Part shown: positions 57,483 through 64,000 of the stretch, piece by piece
Position numbering within the stretch: the stretch's first letter is position 1
Layout of the letters: each line of letters opens with the position of its first letter
DNA from: a virus
Lineage: Duplodnaviria > Heunggongvirae > Uroviricota > Caudoviricetes
DNA length: 64,000 bases
IMG/VR virus record: IMGVR_UViG_2541047857_000009
Direction: 5' to 3' (one strand)
Made by a program: the position numbers and the translations under genes
The notes under the pieces: generated by a model
Told to the model about the DNA's origin: nothing
What the model saw: the letters and a program-made list of their open reading frames with translations, nothing else
The model's database searches: none

Positions 57483-57710
57483 ATGGCATTTAAACACTAT
57501 GACGTGGTCAGGGCGGTATCGCCGTCAGACCTTGCGAAACGACTGACACAAAAACTGAAGGAGGGCTGGCAGCCGTTTGGTAGTCCGGTGGCCATAACCC
57601 CTTATACCCTGATGCAGGCGATTGCAGCAGAAGGTGATGTGGTGGTCAGTGGTGCAACTGAGCCGGATTGGTACTACGTCATCGTACTGGCCCGGCATTC
57701 CAGGCCATAA
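57483..57710 (+). CDS. Hypothetical protein
   Basis: 75-aa ORF with strong SD GGGAGG six nt before ATG. Confidence 0.55.
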   Translation: MAFKHYDVVRAVSPSDLAKRLTQKLKEGWQPFGSPVAITPYTLMQAIAAEGDVVVSGATEPDWYYVIVLARHSRP

Positions 57711-57978
57711 AAGACAGTCTGGCAGTGGGACTAAATGCACTGACGCTGATGGATATTACCAAAAATGTAACGTATGGCGTTGAGATAGAAAGTCTGGCGC
57801 TGGAGATAAATGCACCGGCATCATCATAAAAAGTGAGCCAGTCAAATGGAAGGTATCGTTAAACTCACCGGTAGTGTCAGTGGGTCGTCTGAGACGCTTG
57901 CATGAGTTATCAGAGCCATCAGTAGTTAACTGGTGGCTTTTTTATTGTTTTCAGCTTCCGGATAACGGGAGACGGGGT

Positions 57979-58194
57979 ATGGACCAGATGGAAAAAATCA
58001 CAACAGGTGTGTCATACACCACGTCAGCGGTGGGAACGGGCTACTGGTTCCTGCAGTTGCTGGACAGGGTTTCCCCGTCTCAGTGGGCGGCAATAGGCGT
58101 GCTGGGGAGTCTGCTGTTTGGGCTGCTGACATATCTGACTAACCTGTATTTCAAAATCAGAGAGGACCGTCGTAAGGCGGCACGGGGAGAGTAA
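57979..58194 (+). CDS. Holin (EssQ/EssD, phage 21 S-type)
   Basis: [29 protein letters not shown]...[15 protein letters not shown]; dual-start Met-X-X-Met. Confidence 0.85.
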   Translation: MDQMEKITTGVSYTTSAVGTGYWFLQLLDRVSPSQWAAIGVLGSLLFGLLTYLTNLYFKIREDRRKAARGE

Positions 58195-58198
58195 TTCA

Positions 58199-58543
58199 AT
58201 GACTCAAAACTATGAACTGATTGTGAAAGGGATCCGCAATTTTGAGAATAAAGTTACGGTAACTTTAGCATTACAGGACAAAGAACGCTTTGACGGTGAA
58301 ATTTTTGACCTGGACATCTCGCTGGACCGTGTTGAAGGTGCTGCGCTGGAGTTTTATGAGGCAGCGGCCAGAAGGAGCATCAGACAGGTCTTCCTGGATG
58401 TCGCTGCCGGGTTATGTGAAGGGGATGAGCAGTCGCCGGAAAAGCGCCCCGTAATTTTAGAGGCGCAGAATGTATGGATAACCTACAAAGGAAAGCTACC
58501 GGGAAGGATTACTGGTTCCCTGAAGACTCCGCCGAAATGGTAG
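58199..58543 (+). CDS. Hypothetical protein between holin and endolysin
   Basis: 114-aa ORF with GGAGAG SD. Confidence 0.5.
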   Translation: MTQNYELIVKGIRNFENKVTVTLALQDKERFDGEIFDLDISLDRVEGAALEFYEAAARRSIRQVFLDVAAGLCEGDEQSPEKRPVILEAQNVWITYKGKLPGRITGSLKTPPKW

Positions 58544-58781
58544 TTTTGCCAGCATAATTTTCTTCCAGCAATGCCGCCAGCCACTTGAAAGAATTTTGTT
58601 GTTCCTGGGACCATTTGGGGTTGCGTGATTCAAAATGAATGGATGCCAGCGTTGGCAGCATTTGCTCCCTGGGAATTGATAAGGCCAGATGTGAAAATGC
58701 AACAGTGAGGGCATTTACATCATCCCGAAGCCTGGAAATGCAGTCGAGCAACTCCTGTAGAGAAATGGTGCTATTGTCCAT
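58509..58781 (-). CDS. Hypothetical protein on opposite strand
   Basis: 90-aa ORF with AAGAGGA SD; convergent overlap with upstream gene. Confidence 0.4.
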   Translation of the reverse strand: MDNSTISLQELLDCISRLRDDVNALTVAFSHLALSIPREQMLPTLASIHFESRNPKWSQEQQNSFKWLAALLEENYAGKTTISAESSGNQ

Positions 58782-58886
58782 AAATAATCCTCTTGATTGT
58801 CTTTACCTTTTCCCCGCCTGATTCAACAGGCCGGGACAGATAAACATATCCAGGGTTCAGAAACCGATAAATCCTGATAAATATCC

Positions 58887-59421
58887 ATGAACGCAAAAAT
58901 CAAATACGGCCTGTCAGCTGCAGTTCTGGCGCTGATTGGAGCAGGCGCATCAGCTCCTCAGATACTTGACCAGTTTCTGGATGAAAAAGAGGGTAACCAC
59001 ACTACGGCATACCGCGATGGTTCCGGCAACTGGACCATCTGTCGGGGGGGCCACGATGGTGGATGGAAAACCCGTTTTTCCCGGTATGAAACTGTCGAAG
59101 GAAAAATGCGACCAGGTCAACGCCATTGAGCGTGATAAGGCGCTGGCATGGGTGGAGAAAAACATCAAAGTGCCATTGAGCGAACCCCAGAAAGCGGGGA
59201 TCGCGTCATTCTGTCCGTACAACATTGGTCCCGGTAAGTGTTTCCCGTCGACGTTTTATAAACGAATTAATGCAGGTGATCGCAGGGGAGCGTGTGAGGC
59301 GATTCGCTGGTGGATTAAGGACGGTGGCAGAGACTGCCGTATTCGTTCAAACAACTGCTACGGTCAGGTATCCCGTCGTGACCAGGAGAGCGCGCTGGCG
59401 TGCTGGGGTATCGACAGATAA
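58887..59421 (+). pseudogene. SAR-type endolysin (lysozyme) interrupted by +1 frameshift in a G7 tract
   Basis: Two overlapping frames (58887..59129, 58936..59421) give one lysozyme if G-run 59044-59050 is six G; N-terminal SAR-like hydrophobic segment. Confidence 0.8.
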
Positions 59422-59619
59422 GCAGAATATTTTGCTGAAAAATAAGGCATGGCCACGCGGGCGGATAACATGAAATCCTGCGAAGTGGCGAAACGTAAGT
59501 GAATAAAAGTAAAAACCCCGTTTGTTGGCACCAAGCGGGGTTTTGTGTTTCCTGACTCCGGAAAAGTCAAAGGAGAAAGTGTGTTTGATTTTAGCAAACT
59601 GATTCGGGAGATTCGAGTG

Positions 59620-59718
59620 ATGGCTGAAAAATTATCCACCTGGAAGTTCATTCTTATCTGGCTGGTGTTTGTGATTATGGCCTCTGGTTATTTCATCGGT
59701 CAGATACGCTGGTGGTGA
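59620..59718 (+). CDS. Small hydrophobic peptide (32 aa), hypothetical
   Basis: Own translation [39 protein letters not shown]; stop adjacent to Rz start. Confidence 0.3.
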   Translation: MAEKLSTWKFILIWLVFVIMASGYFIGQIRWW

Positions 59719-59719
59719 A

Positions 59720-60184
59720 ATGAACCGCGTACTGTGCGTGGTCATCATTGCCCTGCTGGTGGCCTGTGGTGCGCTTAGTCTGGGGCTGAATCATTACCGT
59801 GATAACGCCATTACCTACAAAGCCCAGCGCGACAAAAATGTCAGAGAACTGAAGCTGGCGAACGCGGCAATTACTGACATGCAGATGCGTCAGCGTGATG
59901 TTGCTGCGCTCGATGCAAAATACACGAAGGAGTTAGCTGATGCGAAAGCTGAAAATGATGCTCTGCGTGATGATGTTGCCGCTGGTCGTCGTCGGTTGCA
60001 CATCAAAGCAGTCTGTCAGTCAGTGCGTGAAGCCACCACCGCCTCCGGCGTGGATAATGCAGCCTCCCCCCGACTGGCAGACACCGCTGAACGGGATTAT
60101 TTCACCCTCAGAGCGCGACTGATAATAATGCAAAAACAACTTGAAGGGGCACAGCTATACATTCGAGAGCAATGCCTCAGATAA
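59720..60184 (+). CDS. Rz i-spanin
   Basis: N-terminal TM segment, periplasmic coiled coil; lambda Rz-like. Confidence 0.85.
   Translation: MNRVLCVVIIALLVACGALSLGLNHYRDNAITYKAQRDKNVRELKLANAAITDMQMRQRDVAALDAKYTKELADAKAENDALRDDVAAGRRRLHIKAVCQSVREATTASGVDNAASPRLADTAERDYFTLRARLIIMQKQLEGAQLYIREQCLR
59940..60122 (+). CDS. Rz1 o-spanin lipoprotein (embedded in Rz, +1 frame)
   Basis: Lipobox VVVGC then Pro-rich [21 protein letters not shown]. Confidence 0.85.
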   Translation: MRKLKMMLCVMMLPLVVVGCTSKQSVSQCVKPPPPPAWIMQPPPDWQTPLNGIISPSERD

Positions 60185-60491
60185 AAACCGGCCAAGGATA
60201 ATCCGCTGAAGATTCGCCGGTGGCTAAAGTGTGCCAAGAGTTCAATTTACGCAATTACTCCTGTCGATGCTATGTACCGTCTTTGTGAAGTCAATGGATA
60301 CCTGATTTATTTCTGTGCGCTGTATCGTCGCTGTACTCTTGCATTAATTATGACTGTAGCCTGACGGGGAACTCCTTCTGCACAAGTGTGGGGGAATAAT
60401 CAAAAACGATGCACACCGGGGTTACCGGGTACACATATTTCATCATGCCAGCGAGTCCGGTTCTGGCACGGAAGAAACCGGACGTTATGAT

Positions 60492-60917
60492 TTAGTGCGG
60501 AAATATTTGTGTAGTGTTCTGAATGTTCTCAGTAAAGAGTAATGAATTATCAAAGGTATAGTAATACCTTTTGTTTTCGTGGATATTTGTAATCCATCTG
60601 AAAACCCCTGCTGTAGCAAGATTTTTCCTGTATTCGTAAAATGATAACTCTCCTGATTTGAATCCTTTTAAGGTGGCTTCTATAAGGCATTTATTTTTTG
60701 AAAATCTTACATTTACAACCTTACCCTGTCCTTTTATTAAAACCGTATTATCGTTTTCAAGAACAAGATGAATATTCTCTGTGGCTAAATAGTAAATGTA
60801 ATGTGAGACATTGTGACGTTTTAGTTCAGAATAAAACCAGTGATAGTTTAAATTATTTCGCACTTTATCGAATATTTGTTTAAAAATGGCAATCTGAGCC
60901 ATTGTAGTACCTTCCAT
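60492..60917 (-). CDS. Hypothetical protein (AT-rich moron between lysis and packaging genes)
   Basis: 141-aa AT-rich ORF on opposite strand; possibly ybcV-like, uncertain. Confidence 0.5.
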   Translation of the reverse strand: MEGTTMAQIAIFKQIFDKVRNNLNYHWFYSELKRHNVSHYIYYLATENIHLVLENDNTVLIKGQGKVVNVRFSKNKCLIEATLKGFKSGELSFYEYRKNLATAGVFRWITNIHENKRYYYTFDNSLLFTENIQNTTQIFPH

Positions 60918-60959
60918 GTGATATGAGGGGGGGTAGTCTGCACGATTATCTAAATTGCT

Positions 60960-61193
60960 TCAATCTGGTCTGACCTGTTTTCTGAGCAATTCAGTAATGT
61001 CACTCTTTTCTTTGTTTGCTTCAGGCGAAACTCTTTTTTCTGAGCACAGTCTCCGGCGGCAGGCTTCAATGACCCAGGCTGAGAAATTCCCGGACCCTTT
61101 TTGAACAAGAGCGATGTTAATTTGTTCAATCATTTGGTTAGGAAAGCGGATGTTGCGGGTTGTTGTTCTGCGGGTTCTGTTCTTCGTTGACAT
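60960..61193 (-). CDS. Small basic DNA-binding-like protein (possible ribbon-helix-helix)
   Basis: 77-aa ORF; basic N-terminus MSTKNRTRRTTTRNIRFPNQMIEQINIAL. Confidence 0.45.
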   Translation of the reverse strand: MSTKNRTRRTTTRNIRFPNQMIEQINIALVQKGSGNFSAWVIEACRRRLCSEKRVSPEANKEKSDITELLRKQVRPD

Positions 61194-61579
61194 GAGGTTG
61201 CCCTGTATTCAGTGTCGCTGATTTGTATTGTCTGAAGTTGTTTTTACGTTAGGTTGATGCAGATCAATTAATACGATACCTGCGTCATAATTGATTATTT
61301 GACGTGGTTTGATGGCCTCCACGCACGTTGTGATATGTAGATGATAATCATTATCGCTTTACGGGTCCTTTCCGGTGATCCGACAGGTTACGGGGCGGCG
61401 ACCTCGCGGTTTTTCACTATTTATGAAAATTTTTCAGGGAAAATCGTGTCGGTACTTCTCGAATATAACTTTTTGTTTTTTTTAATATTGCATTCATAAA
61501 TGTCCGACATGAAAGTGTCCGAAAATGCCTTTTTCTGGCGTTTTCATGTCGGGCCTTGTATTTGATAATGGGTTGTTCT

Positions 61580-62128
61580 ATGAAGGTTAATAAAAAGAGG
61601 CTTGCCGAAATTTTTAACGTGGACCCGCGGACGATTGAACGCTGGCAGTCTCAGGGGCTCCCTTGCGTCTCCAAAGGCAGTAAGGGCATTGAATCTGTAT
61701 TTGATACTGCCATGGCAATTCAGTGGTATGCGCAGAGGGAAACTGATATCGAAAACGAAAAGCTCCGCAAAGAACTGGCCGATTTGCGTGCGGCAGCGGA
61801 GTCAGATTTACAACCCGGCACCATTGACTATGAACGCTACCGGCTCACAAAAGCGCAGGCAGATGCGCAGGAACTGAAAAATGCCCGTGAAGACGGAGTA
61901 GTGCTGGAAACTGAACTGTTTACCTTCATTCTGCAACGTGTGGCACAGGAGATTTCGGGGATACTTGTGCGTGTGCCGTTGACATTACAGCGTAAATATC
62001 CGGACATTTCACCATCACACCTTGATGTGGTGAAAACTGAAATCGCGAAAGCCTCCAATGTTGCAGCTAAGGCCGGTGAAAACGTGGGCGGGTGGATCGA
62101 TGATTTCAGACGCACAGAAGGCAGCTAA
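61580..62128 (+). CDS. nu1: Terminase small subunit Nu1
   Basis: [12 protein letters not shown]...ERWQSQGLP and [16 protein letters not shown] closely resemble lambda Nu1. Confidence 0.9.
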   Translation: MKVNKKRLAEIFNVDPRTIERWQSQGLPCVSKGSKGIESVFDTAMAIQWYAQRETDIENEKLRKELADLRAAAESDLQPGTIDYERYRLTKAQADAQELKNAREDGVVLETELFTFILQRVAQEISGILVRVPLTLQRKYPDISPSHLDVVKTEIAKASNVAAKAGENVGGWIDDFRRTEGS

Positions 62129-64000
62129 TGCAGCCGGTGCGATAGCTACAGGGCTTTTATCTCTCATTATTCCTGTTCCACTGACGACAGTTCAGTGGGC
62201 CAATAAACATTATTACCTTCCTAAAGAGTCGTCTTATACCCCGGGGCGGTGGGAAACACTGCCGTTTCAGGTTGGCATCATGAACTGTATGGGCAACGAT
62301 TTGATTCGCACTGTTAACCTGATTAAATCTGCCCGTGTTGGTTATACAAAGATGTTGCTGGGAGTGGAGGCTTATTTTATTGAGCATAAATCACGCAACA
62401 GCCTTCTTTTTCAGCCCACGGACTCAGCTGCTGAAGATTTTATGAAATCTCATGTTGAGCCAACGATAAGGGATGTTCCTGCATTGCTGGAGCTGGCTCC
62501 ATGGTTCGGAAGAAAACACCGCGATAATACGCTCACCCTGAAGCGTTTTTCCTCCGGTGTGGGTTTCTGGTGTCTGGGGGGAGCGGCAGCAAAAAACTAC
62601 CGTGAAAAATCCGTGGATGTGGTTTGTTATGACGAGCTTTCCTCGTTCGAACCGGATGTTGAAAAAGAGGGTTCGCCAACCCTGCTGGGGGATAAACGTA
62701 TTGAGGGCTCTGTATGGCCAAAATCCATTCGCGGCTCGACGCCTAAAATCAAAGGCTCCTGCCAGATCGAAAAAGCCGCTAACGAGTCGGCACATTTCAT
62801 GCGTTTTTATGTGCCCTGTCCGCACTGTGGGGAGGAGCAGTATCTGAAATTTGGCGATGATGCCTCGCCTTTCGGTCTTAAGTGGGAGAAGAATAAGCCA
62901 GAAAGTGTTTTCTACCTTTGTGAGCATCATGGCTGTGTGATCCATCAGTCTGAGCTTGACCAGAGTAACGGGCGGTGGATCTGTGAAAACACGGGCATGT
63001 GGACTCGTGACGGTCTGACATTTTTCAGCGCCGCGGATAATGAAATTCCGCCGCCGCGCTCCATCACATTCCATATCTGGACGGCGTACAGTCCGTTCAC
63101 CACCTGGGTACAGATTGTCTATGACTGGCTGGATGCACTGAAAGATCCCAACGGCCTGAAAACCTTTGTGAACACCACGCTGGGCGAGACCTGGGAAGAG
63201 GCCGTGGGCGAAAAACTCGATCACCAGGTGCTGATGGATAAGGTTGTGCGTTACACGGCTGCGGTGCCTTCCCGGGTGGTTTATCTGACGGCGGGCATTG
63301 ACTCGCAGCGAAACCGTTTTGAGATGTATGTCTGGGGATGGGCTCCGGGAGAGGAAGCCTTTCTGGTGGATAAAATCATCATTATGGGGCGTCCCGATGA
63401 GGAAGAGACGCTGTTACGTGTGGATGTGGCGATCAACAAAAAATACCGCCATGCAGACGGAACCGAAATGACCATTTCCCGTGTCTGCTGGGACACCGGG
63501 GGGATCGATGGCGAAATTGTCTATCAGAGGTCAAAAAACACGGTGTTTTCCGGGTGCTGCCGGTAAAAGGTGCATCTGTTTATGGCAAGCCGGTGATCAC
63601 CATGCCAAAAACCCGCAATCAGCGGGGCGTGTATCTGTGCGAAGTGGGGACGGACACCGCAAAAGAAATTCTCTATGCCCGTATGAAAGCCGATCCCACG
63701 CCTGCGGATGAAGCCACGTCGTATGCCATCCGTTTTCCTGATGATCCGGAGATTTTTTCGCAGACAGAGGCGCAGCAACTGGTGGCGGAAGAGCTTGTGG
63801 AGAAGTGGGAAAAAGGAAAGATGCGTCTGCTGTGGGATAACAAAAAGCGGCGTAACGAAGCGCTGGACTGCCTGGTGTATGCCTACGCGGCATTACGTGT
63901 GTCCGTGCAACGCTGGCAGCTTGATCTGGCTGTACTGGCAAAATCCCGGGAAGAAGAGACGACCCGGCCAACCCTTAAAGAACTGGCAGCGAAGCTGTCC
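62100..64000 (+). pseudogene. Terminase large subunit gpA-like, -1 frameshift in an A6 tract; C-terminus beyond window
   Basis: Lambda gpA-like through ISRVCWDTGGID; frame breaks at A-run 63533-63538 and continues as FRVLPVKGASVYGKPV in another frame. Confidence 0.8.

Larger units (their letters stand above)
40160..64000. mobile_element. Prophage 2, lambdoid Rac/Qin-like; left end at ompW, continues beyond window; probably degraded
   Basis: int/xis, exonuclease, cI/cro, replication, Q, tRNAs, lysis, Nu1/A terminase in canonical order; two frameshifted core genes. Confidence 0.85.

Noticed and set aside
62424-63224. 266-aa minus-strand ORF inside the large terminase gene
   Set aside because: Antisense to a gene with clear lambda gpA similarity; no independent support.
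1-64000. Insertion sequences or transposases
   Set aside because: No transposase-like ORFs or terminal inverted repeats recognised; the only recombinase seen is the prophage 2 tyrosine integrase.

Overview
The window holds two lambdoid prophages flanking a short chromosomal segment. Prophage 1 (1 to about 34.9 kb, left end outside the window) runs immunity (cI/cro), CII-like regulator, O-like initiator with iterons, DnaB-type helicase, nin region (ninB, ninE, ybcO-like, rusA), Q, tRNA, lysis cassette, KilA-N and HExxH accessory genes, terminase, portal, head and tail genes, a tailspike with a C-terminal SGNH esterase domain, and a convergent AT-rich acyltransferase-3 moron. Then come an SOS-box-controlled umuD'-umuC pair, a YedK-like SRAP gene, and host genes yciB, yciC and ompW. 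Prophage 2 (about 40.2 kb to window end) is integrated just downstream of ompW: int/xis, a large exonuclease, cI/cro/YdaT-like switch, replication protein with iterons, hok, DUF968, RusA-like, Q, adenine methyltransferase, three tRNAs, two tandem sRNA-like modules, a lysis cassette and Nu1/A terminase. Its endolysin and large terminase each carry a single-base frameshift in a homopolymer. The most interesting locus is a markedly AT-rich two-gene cassette at 49.1-51.1 kb in prophage 2 (a protein with an HEPN-like RNxxxH motif plus a protein with a GNAT-like C-terminus, with its own promoter); I propose it as a candidate undescribed defence or abortive-infection module. All calls rest on reading the sequence and the supplied ORF translations; no database search was run, and coordinates of small RNA and regulatory features are approximate.
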